This document shows, in pieces, positions 1-11,478 of a stretch of DNA of 64,000 nt. The stretch is from the NCBI GenBank assembly GCA_964016885.1, contig OZ024740.1, positions 412,052,001-412,116,000 on the forward strand. The letters are read 5' to 3'. The position numbers and the translations under genes were made by a program. The notes below the pieces were generated by a model that worked only from the letters and a program-made list of their open reading frames with translations, made no database searches and was not told the DNA's origin. Numbering within the stretch: position 1 is the first letter of the stretch; every line of letters begins with the position of its first letter. The stretch is from Eledone cirrhosa. Its lineage: Eukaryota.

Positions 1-1282
1 GAGACACCCGCAGCCTGTTTTGTATGTAATTTTTGTATGGATTGATACGCCCTAGTCTTCATTAAGATATCTCTATAGGAGAAGTTCACTCTGATATAAA
101 ACCTGCGACTTCGTTTCCATCGGATGATGTAGACCCGTTCTACCTTTTGGTAAATGTTCAGAGAGTGGGATTGGCTCTGTGCAAGGCCTTTCCTCACTTA
201 AAAAAAGCTTCAAGCCCAGGCATTGCTTTTATGTGACATGTTTTGCGATGGATGCCTTTGATAGATATAGGCAGCTCCTAGCAGGACTAAAATGCCACGT
301 TATGATGTTCATGCTTAAATATAAAGCGATGGCATTACTCGAAATCGAGTTGCAGCCATCATGTATGTATATATGTATGTATGTGTGTATATCGGTCGTC
401 GTAAAATATTAAGTTTGGTTAAATTATGGTTCGCTGTGAAAAAATATTAAGAATGCATATGAGAAATATTAAATGACTACCCACTCCACGTCTGTATTTC
501 ATAATTAATTTTAATGTCAAAGTGGCTCGAAAATACTTACTTCTCACGCTTATTAGTTTCCTCCACACTACTGTAATAATTGTAATAACCATTGTTTGAC
601 GACTAATTTATATATTCCCATAATGATGCAACTATGTGTTTTTCCTGCTGTAGGAATTATTTGGTAACTCCGGATCACTATGGTTTCGATATTTACTATG
701 TCAATTCGAACTAAATATATAATAAGGGGACTTTACATCAAAATACTCTGTGATGTAACTATGAACATCAAAACATACGTTGCTATGATGAGGCCATTTC
801 TCTACTCACAAATCAGTTTCATGTAAAGTAAGAGTTAATTAAATTTTCCGAATATATTTCAGCTACAAGGTCCATTTAGTCTTACGTTAAGGTACTGTGA
901 ACATATGATTTATTAAGTCACTAGAATGCCATATATCATAGTATCCCATTTGCAGTTTGATAATTGAAACAAACTACGATATTAATATAACAATACGATA
1001 TGGAGATTTTGCTTAGAATCTCTTTTGAGAGAGGAAACAATGTTTATATAATACATTAAATGTCAGTATTTATTTGTCTTACGTTGATCGAACTAAACAA
1101 CACTGGTACGATTATTAAAGGTCAACATCATAAACTTGAATTTAGTAATATGTAATACATCGCTTTAATATGTAATTAATATGTATTAAGTAATTATATT
1201 CTCAGTGAATGAACAGATTACTCGTGATAAGGTTGTTTCTGTATCTGTGTTTCTGCGTGTATGTGTGCAACGATTCCAAATG

Positions 1283-1305
1283 CATATATATATACATACA
1301 TAAAT

Positions 1306-1402
<97 letters not shown>

Positions 1403-1469
1403 CATATATATACATATATTTGTATATATATACTGTATATACATATATATGCATATATATGCATATATA

Positions 1470-1506
<37 letters not shown>
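1283..1506. repeat. (TA)n/(CA)n compound microsatellite
   Basis: Direct reading of the dinucleotide repeats; explains the YIYI ORFs. Confidence 0.95.
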
Positions 1507-2249
1507 GAATATGTAGCTCGTATTCTATACATTGTATGTATGAAGAGTGTATGTTATTCATGTAATACAGCTGGTAATTGCTCGGCTGTACGTTGTCTAC
1601 GCGTACGTATTGCGCATGTCAACGACTAGTGATGCCTTATACACAAAGCGGTTGCCATGCCAAACATACACGTAAGCTGTTTGTCAATAACCACCAGTTA
1701 CATGCCCAGAAATAAACTACAATTTGTTGTTGTTATGTAAGATGTTTTACTGTTTCTCTTTATTTTCCATTTTTCGCTGCACATTACTCGTTCTCGTATA
1801 TTCTGTTTGTTGTTATTTCACTTCTTTAGTAATTTCTTTTATTGAAAACGCTGTAAATAATTCATAAAATGAAGCTTATAATTTAGATTGTGACACGTTT
1901 ATCATTAGTATGAACATTATACAAATTTATCCTCCAACAGGGTAGATCACGGAGTTGAATGTTCATTTACATATTACATATCATTTAATTTGAAACACTT
2001 TTGAAGTCGAATTCGTTAGAAACATTTACCAGATATATTAGATAATCTAGATCTTCGGGTTTAGCATTTAAGTTCGGGAGAAAATAATGCTGAGAAATCT
2101 TTAACGTTGGTTGATAGTGGATAAAATATGACTATCATTGAATCTTCGGTCTATGAAACTCCAGTAAAATATGACCATAATGTCTTTTGTTGAGGCAGGT
2201 GTACAGGAAAATATGCAATTTCCCATGAAAAAAAAATAATCAAAGCACA

Positions 2250-2800
2250 ATGAGTAAATGTAGAATGTATGGAGGTTGGGAAGAAACAATCAACCACATA
2301 GCTTTCTGGATGCCCAGCTCTAGCCAAAAAAGAATATATCTACAGGCATGATAGAGTTGGGACCATTATGAAATACTAACAGAAAAAGATGGTACAAACA
2401 CACAAGAAAAGGTTTCAGTGAATGACAAAACAACCATTCTCTTGGATATGCCAATATATACAGACAGAGAAATCAAGGCCAGCCGACCAGACATTACAGG
2501 CAAGACCACAAAGATAACAAAAGCCTTATAATAGATGTATCTATCCCCACAGACGACAATATAACTTCCAAGACAATAGAGAAACTATTCAAATATAAAG
2601 ATCTAGAAATAGATATAACTCGAATGTTGAAAATGAAAACAGAAACAATACCTAAAATAATAGGTGTTCTGGGAATGATAAAAAAACACACAGAAATATA
2701 CATAGCCAAAATCCCAGTACTTACTAATATATACAGCATATAAAAGATACCACTACTAGGCACTGCACACATTTTACGAAAAATAGTATCAATACAATAG
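2250..2800 (+). mobile_element. R4/Dong-clade non-LTR retrotransposon 3' fragment (CCHC knuckle + restriction-like endonuclease), degenerate
   Basis: Across frameshifts it reads SKCRM..EETINHI..SGCPALAKKEYIYRHDRVG, TDREIKASRPDI, IIDVSIPTDDNI..EKLFKYKDLEIDI and LLGTAHILRK. These match the CCHC and PD-(D/E)xK motifs of RLE-type elements. Confidence 0.85.
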
Positions 2801-2849
2801 AAACAAGATAAGCAAAAACTACACTGCTCATACCCAAGGCACACAGATG

Positions 2850-2950
2850 TGGGAGCAGTTACTAAAACAGTTGGGTGCATGGCTGGAGAAGCTATGCATT
2901 ACCATCAGGAATGGATTGTTGCAGAAATCAGCATTGTTAGGAAAAACAGA
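2850..2950 (+). mobile_element. Second short R4/Dong-like C-terminal fragment
   Basis: GAVTKQLGAWLEKLCITIRNGLLQKSALLG (across one frameshift) resembles the extreme C-terminus of RLE elements. Confidence 0.6.
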
Positions 2951-3653
2951 TAGCGCTTGGCCATTGTTTATATCTCGCTGTTTTTTCAAGTTCCAATTTG
3001 TAAGGGAGATGAGTGTAAAGATGGATGTGCTGCTCCCCAGTACATTTACTAAAAGGTAAGTGAATGTGTCGAGAATCGCCACGCAGTTTATCTGTCTGTG
3101 TGCCTGTCTGTCAGTCTAACATACACAGAGTTGTGAAGGGAGTAAATAAGGACCTTTTTTTTACATTGACGGACATCTTTTATATTAATTATCTATATCT
3201 ATATCTACATATAATATAAAAGATTGGAACTTCCATCATCCTTTTGAGAAACATGGAACAACCACGCCTATGCAATGATACACGTTTTACAGTCAGGCAG
3301 AAGATGAACCATCTCCTAGAGGTCACTATTCTAGGTGGCAGCACCTAGAATTGTTCATGTACTATGCACAAACGGTACAACGAAGAATCTGTTATATCTT
3401 GAAGATTTTTTTTTTTACTGTTTTTTGTATCACACAGACACCACGAACTCGCCTCATACTGTAACCAGACAAACATCCAATACAGTTATTTTCTCTTTTA
3501 CCTGTCTTCTCTTATCATCGGTTTACCCGGGCAAAGTGTGGGTACATCAGCTAGTCAAATCAAATCTAAAATATCATAGGAATAACACCATTATTTTCAC
3601 ATGCGGACAAATTTTACTAGCGCATCATTCACGCACGCACACACACACCACAC

Positions 3654-3687
<34 letters not shown>

Positions 3688-3721
3688 TACATACATATAT
3701 GTATGTATATATGTATGTATG

Positions 3722-3758
<37 letters not shown>

Positions 3759-3780
3759 TTATATATAAATATACATATAT

Positions 3781-3925
3781 AACGAGGGAAGTGTGGTAAG
3801 GAACGAGGTAGACCATAACGAACCAGAGTACTCGATACTTTGGGTAGTCGAGTGGGTAATAGGAAAAGGTTCAAGACCCCGACGGCAGAGCTCAATCCGT
3901 TTCGACGGCTTTTTCTGGACTCAGA
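3781..3925 (-). mobile_element. Family A mini-element: 3' half hammerhead plus 3' tail, in (TA)n
   Basis: Minus strand reads TCCAGAAAAAGCCGTC-GAAAC-GGATTGAGCTCTGCC-GTC-GGGGTC then an ~80 nt tail. Homologous to 17735, 30529, 35531, 37696 and 42241. Confidence 0.8.
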
Positions 3926-4340
3926 ATATATATGTATATATATATATGAAACAGATAAAATAAAGATGGGGTAGACATACAATACAACAGGAGGAAAAAT
4001 AATAATACCACTGATGATGTTGCAGATGTGAAACGAAAGAACTTTGTTTCGAAGACCTTATGCTATTGTTTTAGAGTAGTGACAGTCTCACTTACTTTAC
4101 ATTTTCAGCAAACAGGGGAGATAAAGCTGACAGAGCTATGTTTCGTACGGATTGGTACATATCAAAGCCAAGTACTCCACCTGTTTGCTGAAAATCATGA
4201 ATTTTTTATTCTTATAGAATTTCTAGTAATAATCAGGAACTGATTATACAGAGCGGTTGCCGGTCAAGCAGAAATTGAAAATTAAAATAGTTCTTGCGGA
4301 GTAAGTAGGCAGAGAAGATATATATATATATATATATACA

Positions 4341-4422
<82 letters not shown>

Positions 4423-4628
4423 TAAAAGAAAAAAACATGCTGACAAATTGTTCCCAGTGAAAAATAGTTTATTCAGGAATAAGTAAAAATTAGTAATAGT
4501 ATTGGTTAGTATTAAGTTTTGGTTTTAAGTGTCACCGGTTGCACATTTCTAATGCTTTTCAAAAATAATTTTGAGATAGAGCGCCCGTGATGTTTGCTCT
4601 AATCTGTTTAGTTTTGGAAATATATATA

Positions 4629-4880
4629 TATCTTCTCTGCCTACTTACTCCTCAAGAACTCTTTCCAGTGGGGCCAATCAGAAGCAACGACCTCCAACTA
4701 ATCCGGCTGAATCCACAGGCGAGAACAGATGACCTCATGGATGTTGTCTAACCATCTAGCACGGTGTCTATACCTGGGTTGATGTCTGCTGATCTGGCCC
4801 GTAAAATCTGCAGAGATTCTTTTCCCATAACATTATATCCACATGTCCATAATAACGAAGATATGAGCTTTCAATTCAGA
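4629..4880 (-). mobile_element. RTE-clade LINE 3' end, degenerate
   Basis: Minus strand gives LRYYGHV and PRYRHRARWLDNIHEVICSRLWIQPD*LEVVASDWPHW, resembling the RTE C-terminal R-GRP--RW-D motif. It is followed by the tail GAGTAAGTAGGCAGAGAAGA. Confidence 0.65.
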
Positions 4881-4894
4881 TATGTAATGGCCGA

Positions 4895-5230
4895 AACTGA
4901 AGCGACTCGCTTTTCTCCGAACTACACATTCTATCGATTAATTTTGCTACAAAGACCTTCAGAAGAACCATTTCGGCTGCTTGCTTTCGCGAGCGTATTC
5001 CTTTGGTCATTACACACATTTCATTGCCATATGTAATGTTTAGCACGAATACTTATTTGAAGATAGCTTCGAGCGAACCCTTACATATATCTATGAATCT
5101 TGTGTATTGGCCATAGAGAGACAATCACGAACACAAGCGGCCGATATGAGGTTCTTCTGAAGGGTCTCTTGTATAACGTTACCCGATATATCGCGTAGTT
5201 CAGAGAATCACTCCAGCCGCTACTTCTCAG
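4895..5230. mobile_element. Degenerate fold-back/MITE-like element
   Basis: Imperfect inverted arms: AGACCTTCAGAAGAACC (4953) vs GGTTCTTCTGAAGGGTCT (5150), and CTCCGAACTAC vs GTAGTTCAGAG. Confidence 0.55.
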
Positions 5231-5232
5231 AA

Positions 5233-5445
5233 TTGGGAGATTACAGCTTCGATATTAGGGGCAGAACGTCTCAGGAAACAAATGTTGAACAGGCTTGCGT
5301 TGAAAGACATGCTAGATGGAGTGTTCGAGGACTCTGCCTCCACTTTCCTCTCAGGAATACATGGGTGGAGAAGAAGAAGAAGAAGAAGAAGAAGAAGAAG
5401 AAGAAGAAGAAGAAGAAGAAGAAGAAGAAGAAGAAGAAGAAGAAG
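5233..5445 (+). mobile_element. Probable LINE 3' end with (GAA)n tail
   Basis: A short RTE-like terminal segment (ARW..LC) runs directly into (AAG)n at 5370-5445. Confidence 0.45.
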
Positions 5446-5879
5446 CGTTTAGTTTTTACACATACCTCTCTTCTTCAGACGCTTGAATGATAATTCGAAT
5501 AAAATAATATTTAATGCATTGGGAAGAAATAAGAAGACTTAGAATTAGAAACCTTAGATAAATAATGGTGTATTGGTGTATAATATTTAGCTAATAAAAT
5601 ACATCAACTACTTCAGTAAAGATGAAGCTTTTCCAACGTAACTAAAGTTGCTTTCTTTTGTCCATCACTTTCTGGCTATTTCTCTCTTATGTGGAAATTT
5701 AATTCACTGATAGCGAAGTCTATTACTGACGTCAATACTAGAGGTCGGAAGTGCTAAATAAATCTGTCACATTTGTCCATTTGTCACTAATATACTGTAG
5801 GGGATTTTACTACATCCCACCTTAAACAGTTGAAATCGTCATGAAATATATAAAAACTGTTAAATATTATAAGTCTGCA

Positions 5880-6450
5880 GAATTTGAAGGAATATCAGCC
5901 ACCTCTTAGAAGATGGAAAAGCATATGTTTAATCTACAAATACTGTTTGTCAAAATTTGGATAAATGAATAAGAACATGCGTATGTTAAGGATTCAGCAA
6001 TCTTTAAGACTTGCAAGGAAAATGCTGTCGATCAGCATAAGGAAACTATTATATAATTTCCGTGGTATGCCAAAAAAGTAGATTCTCTTGCATCAACAGC
6101 CTAGAAGAGTTTTGCAGAAATACAAATCGTGTTAAGATTCCTGAAACAATGGACATAGACATCGCTGTGCCTCCATTACGAAGAAACGCTTTGAACAATT
6201 TCACCTGTTATGCCTGTCATTCTCCAACATCACGATAGCTTTTACTCGATAGTAAAAGTATCTTCTAAAGGGCACCTATTCATTTGTTTATGGATTGAAA
6301 ATGTATTTACATTGTCGACATATCTACGACGATTTTCTTGTCACAGTAAATGTAAAAAAATTAACGTTGTGTCAGATCCCAGTAAAGTAGGTATGTGTGA
6401 TTGTCTCTGCACTACCGAACATATTAATTGTGACAATCAACGACATTATC
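5880..6450 (+). pseudogene. Possible very old DNA-transposon coding remnant with Cys-rich C-terminus
   Basis: Fragmentary SCHSKCKK..VGMCDCLCTTEHINCDN resembles CXC-type transposase tails; heavily disrupted. Confidence 0.2.
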
Positions 6451-7070
6451 AACGACGACCCACACTCAGTTGAAATAGTCTACAACTCATATGTCAGATT
6501 ACGCGAACTTGCACCTCTTAATACCTGAAAGAAAGAAAAACTGCTAGGTCAGTCTTTGATTTCCAAATAATTCATTCCAACTTTTGTGAAAATTATTCAG
6601 AAAGCAATCCGAAATATATTTTGACTTACTTAATACAACTTACTAAAAATTAAAATTTTATTTGACGGAATAATTTACTAAATTCTAGGCAGGATAGAAT
6701 ATTCAACTGTAAGCATAAATAGCTAAACACTTTCTCTGAATATAGTCCAAGCTATCCCACAAATAGATCCTATAACTCCATTTTGATTTCCCCCTTGAAC
6801 TTATCTCCTTTGACTGGCCGATATTTATGAGAAAGTTGACTAGCACCAAATATACCATTTCAACATTTTGCTCATTTATAACAGCCACGTATATACTACC
6901 AAAGATAATTCATTTATAATCCGTATCAACAAACACTCCCATTACCAAAACAGGGCATTTTTGTTCTATAGAATATTTCCTACTCAGTCAATGATATTTC
7001 TATCTATGTCATATATTTCTCTTTCTCGTGTACACCAATACACAATAAAAACATGTTATTGTATTATTAG

Positions 7071-7263
7071 GGCGGTGTATTGGCAGTATCGGTAGAGCGT
7101 CAGACACCATGCTTTGCAGAGTAAAGTTATGGCCCTTTACGTTTTGGGTGAAAATCCCACCGACGTTAACTTTGCCTTTCATCCTTACGAGATCGATAAA
7201 ATAAAGCACCAGTAATACATTGGGGTAATTGTTGGGCTTTTGCAAAAAGTAGAAACAAGTTAT
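7071..7263 (+). mobile_element. tRNA-derived SINE (Meta-domain-like core), copy 1 of tandem pair
   Basis: A-box-like TGGCAGTATCGGTAGAGC, degenerate B box, core GTTAACTTTGCCTTTCATCCT..GATAAAATAAAG and tail AAAAGTAGAAAC. Confidence 0.85.
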
Positions 7264-7266
7264 TAG

Positions 7267-7458
7267 GGCGGTGTATTGGCAGTATCGGTAGAGCGTCAAA
7301 CACCATCCTTTGCAGAATAGAGTAATGACGCTTTACGTTTTCTGGTTAAAATCCCACCGAGGTTGACTTTGCCTTTCATGCTTACGAGATCGATAAAATA
7401 AAGTACCAGTAATACACTGGGTATTTGCTGGGCTTGTGCCAAAAGTAGAAACAATTAT
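7267..7458 (+). mobile_element. tRNA-derived SINE, copy 2 of tandem pair
   Basis: Direct repeat of 7071-7263. Confidence 0.85.
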
Positions 7459-8034
7459 TTCTGTCTCCGAAAATTTACCGGGAAGTAAATGAATAAAATG
7501 ATCTCTATTAAGATCTCTACGTAATCGGTGAGAAAACAAGTGTTCGATTATATTATAAACCTTGCCCTATATCTCTACTCACACTTTACCTGTTCTTCCT
7601 AAAAAAGAAGCATCATTTATACTAATCTACTCCGTGAATTATTGGAACATGTAACCGACGCAAAGTTTCAACATCTGGAATATTGTATCACAGAATTCTA
7701 TTAAATACGTCGAGAAAAAGACGTGGAAGCTTTACTTTCTCTATTACCTGTATAATCATTCCACAAGTTCGTTTTACCAACAGAAAGTTAAGACCCCGTT
7801 ATCTTCTTACACCACATACACATACATACACACATATATACATATAGACGCACACACAGAAATACACACACATACACACACAAATACATCCACAAGCGCA
7901 GGCACGCATAGACACACACACAGACATGGGCATGCATGACCACGCACATGCATACATGTACACACACATACATATATATATATAAATACATATATATGAA
8001 TATATATATATATATAAATGTATATGTGTGTGTA

Positions 8035-8104
<70 letters not shown>

Positions 8105-8227
8105 GGAGGTGAGTTTTATTGTAGTATAATAAAGCAATGCAAATATCGGATAAGAAGAACTCTACAGTTTGTAGGACTGGAGTATACATAATATATAAGG
8201 TCAAAAGATGGTTAAATGAGTTCCATG

Positions 8228-8298
8228 TATTTTATTATGCGCATTTCAAAAACAAATATCATCATGCAATAACATTTGTGTTTTCATCAGATAAAATA
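8228..8298 (-). ncRNA. Type I hammerhead ribozyme (PLE type)
   Basis: Reverse complement of the 11154-11224 ribozyme. Confidence 0.85.
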
Positions 8299-9399
8299 GG
8301 AAGACATGATATGAAGGTTAAAAAACACTTGTGGATAGTGCAGTTTTAAATCAGCATATGAAAAGTAGTTTTAGATTGATGTGTGATATTGGGGAAAAAC
8401 CAATTTGTTGGGGGGGGGGAAAGAGGGGGAGATGAGAGTAAAAAGTGGAGGGGGAGGAGTATAATGAGGAAGGATGAGATAGGAGGAGAGATGGGTGATA
8501 GAGAGAGAGAGATAGCTTTTATAACTGAGAAAAAATATATTGTTTTACATAGAGAGGTTGAAAAACCGTTGGAAGATAATGTATAAATTAAAAGAATTTG
8601 AAAATTAACGAAGAGAAAAAAAAAATAATGTAAAGTTAAGGTTTGTATATTGAAGGGTTTAATAATATGTACGATGGAAAGAAAATGTTAATGTGTATTA
8701 AGAATAATATTTAAGGGTTTAATAATATGTGCGATGGAAAGAAAATGTTGATATGTATTATTAAAAAAAAAAAAAAAAAGTAATGTAAGTATATTGTGAG
8801 ATGAGCATGAATAAGTTAGATGAAAGGGAGAAAAAAATAATGAATAGAGGATGAATAATCTAACGTCAAAAAGTGTTTATGTTTACGAAGGATTTGTTTA
8901 AGGTGATATAAAGTAAGAATATAATGTATTGTGTAATAATTGTTTCTATGTTAGGCACAGTGAGAAAAGGTACAGATTAGGGGTTAGAAATTAAAAGAAA
9001 AAGAAAAGAAAAGGAAAAGGAAGAAATTGAAGTGATAAATAGGAGTGATATAGAATGAGTAACAAGTATTATATAATGTATAATAAATAACTTTGAAATA
9101 AGGTAGAAATATGGGTATATTTTTAAAGAAGTATATATATATATGTGTGTGCCTTTGAGAAAAGGATTCTGAATTGATAAAGTTTAGGATATTAGCTGTA
9201 TACTTTATGGAAAGTTCTGTGGAATTTATGCAAGCAGATAGAAAACAAGTCAGTGCGTCTATTTATTATAGAATCTAAATTAAAGTTATTGGAATGATCA
9301 TGATTAATGGTTAGATATAAAATTAACATAATGTTAATTTTAGAAGATCTTACAGTAGAATAATTAATCATGATCATTCCAATAACTTTAATAAAAGAC

Positions 9400-10250
9400 C
9401 TAGATACAAAAACATAATCTGGTATAATGCTCCTTTCTCCATCTCTATTAATAATAATATTCCTAAATTATTCTTTAGTGCCTTAAATAAATGCTTCCCT
9501 CCCTCACATATCTATAGTAAAATATTTAACAAACACACTATAACATTTTCCTATTCGACATCCTCCAACATTTCCAACATTATCTCTAAACACAACAATA
9601 AATTACTAAATACTAAATCTCTTCCTTCCAACACTGAATATCATAATAATAGTAATAGTACTCCCGACGTCATTGTAAACTCTAGGCTAATTTTTGCAAA
9701 CCCAAATACAACGTCAAACACAACTTCGCTAAATGTTCTTAATCCCATTCTAAATCAAGAAACTATTATTTCTATCGCAAATAACTTCTCCAATCCAATT
9801 CCTTCTATAGATAACACTAGGTCACACGTTAATAATCTCTCTAATCGCAATTGCAATTGCCCTGCTCAAAATAAATGTCCTCTCAACAACCATTGTCTTG
9901 ATCTACGAATGTAAAGTTATAACTGACACCAATTCCTTCACCTATTTTGGCTCCACTTCCACCTCCTTTAAAGCTCGTCTTTATAATCATCATTCGTCTT
10001 TTAAATACCAACTTAAAAGAACTAACACGGCTCTCTCAGAACTCATATGATCCTTGAAAGACAAAAATATTAAATATAACATCTCTTGGAAAAATGTTTC
10101 CTCTGCTTCTTCAAGACTTGCAATCTCTGTCTAAATGAAAAATTTCCCATTATTTCTAATTTAGATTCTATAATAAATAGACGCACTGACTTGTTTTCTC
10201 TCTGCTTGCATAAATTCCACAGAACTTTCCATAAAGTATACAGCTAATAT
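9400..10250 (+). pseudogene. PLE linker + GIY-YIG endonuclease remnant
   Basis: Reads KNIIWYNAPFS, KHTITFSYSTSSNISNIISKHNNKLL, RNCNCPAQNKCPLNNHCL, IYECKV..FTYFGSTSTSFKARLYNHHSSFK..TALSELI*SLKDKNIKYNISW, CNLCLNEK and INRRTDLFSLCLH, with stops and frameshifts. Confidence 0.88.
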
Positions 10251-11153
10251 CCTAAACTTTATCAATTCAGAATCCTTTTCTCAAAGGCACATATATATAT
10301 ATATATATATACTTCTTTAAAAATATACCCATATTTCTACCTTATTTCAAAGTTATTTATTATACATTATATAATACTTGTTACTCATTCTATATCACTC
10401 CTATTTATCACTTCCATTTCTTCCTTTTCCTTTTCTTTTCTTTTCCTTTTAATTTCTAACCCCTAATCTGTACCTTTTCTGACTGTGCCTAACATAGAAA
10501 CAATTATTACACAATACAATATATTCTTACTTTATATCACCTTAAACAAATCCTTCGTAAATATAAACACTTTTTGACGTTAGATTATTAATCCTCTATT
10601 CATTATTTTTTATCCCTTTCACCTAACTTATTCATGTTCATCTCACAATATACTTACATTACTTTTGTTTGTTTTTTTTAATAACACATATCAACATTTT
10701 CTTTCCATCGCACATATTATTAAACCCTTAAATATTATTCTTAATACATATTAACAATTTCTTTTCATCCCACATATTATTAAACCCTTCAATATACAAA
10801 CCTTAACTTTACATTATTTTTTTCTCTTCGTTAATTTTCAAATTCTTTTAATTTATACACTATCTTCCAACGGTTTTTCAACCTCTCTATGTAAAACAAT
10901 ATATTTTTTCTCAGTTATAAAAGCTATCTCTCTCTCTCTATCACCCATCTCTCCTCCTATCTCAACCTTCCTCATTATACTCCTCCCCCTCCACTTTTTA
11001 CTCTCATCTCCTCCTCTTTTTCATCACCCCCCCCCCCGCCTCAACAAATTGGTTTTTCCCCAATATCACACATCAATCTAAATCTACTTTTCATATGCTG
11101 ATTTAAAACTGCACTATCCACAAGTGTTTTTTAACCTTCATATCATGTCTTCC

Positions 11154-11224
11154 TATTTTATCTGATGAAAACACAAATGTTATTGCATGATGATATTTGT
11201 TTTTGAAATGCGCATAATAAAATA
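11154..11224 (+). ncRNA. Type I hammerhead ribozyme (PLE type)
   Basis: TATTTTAT-CTGATGA-[AAACACAAATGTTATT GCA TGATGATATTTGTTTTT]-GAAA-TGCGCA-TA^-ATAAAATA: 8-bp stem I, long stem II, palindromic stem III ATGCGCAT and predicted cut after 11216. Confidence 0.88.
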
Positions 11225-11254
11225 CATGGAACTCATTTAACCATCTTTTGACCT

Positions 11255-11261
<7 letters not shown>

Positions 11262-11342
<81 letters not shown>

Positions 11343-11385
11343 AATATATTAGTGAGCCCCTATTTATGAGAAACAGCCATTAGCA

Positions 11386-11458
<73 letters not shown>

Positions 11459-11478
11459 GTATATATATATATATATAA
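11262..11478. repeat. (TA)n and (CT)n microsatellites
   Basis: Direct reading. Confidence 0.9.

Larger units (their letters stand above)
8102..11264 (+). mobile_element. Penelope-like element PLE1: GIY-YIG remnant flanked by ~1.1 kb inverted pseudo-LTRs
   Basis: 8187-9281 is the reverse complement of 10157-11264. A PLE-type coding remnant lies between them, there is a hammerhead in each arm, and (TA)n flanks both ends. Confidence 0.9.

Noticed and set aside
85-105. HSDIKP resembling a kinase catalytic loop
   Set aside because: It lacks the following Asn and any other kinase motif nearby.
1186-1629. [16 protein letters not shown] ORFs here and throughout
   Set aside because: These are translations of dinucleotide microsatellites, not genes.
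4011-4050. CTGATGA..GAAAC hammerhead-like string
   Set aside because: Stems I, II and III cannot be formed together convincingly.
5233-5490. Poly-lysine ORF
   Set aside because: It is an (AAG)n repeat at a probable LINE tail.
7071-7160. tRNA gene
   Set aside because: A tRNA-like head continues into a SINE body and tail; multiple dispersed copies exist.
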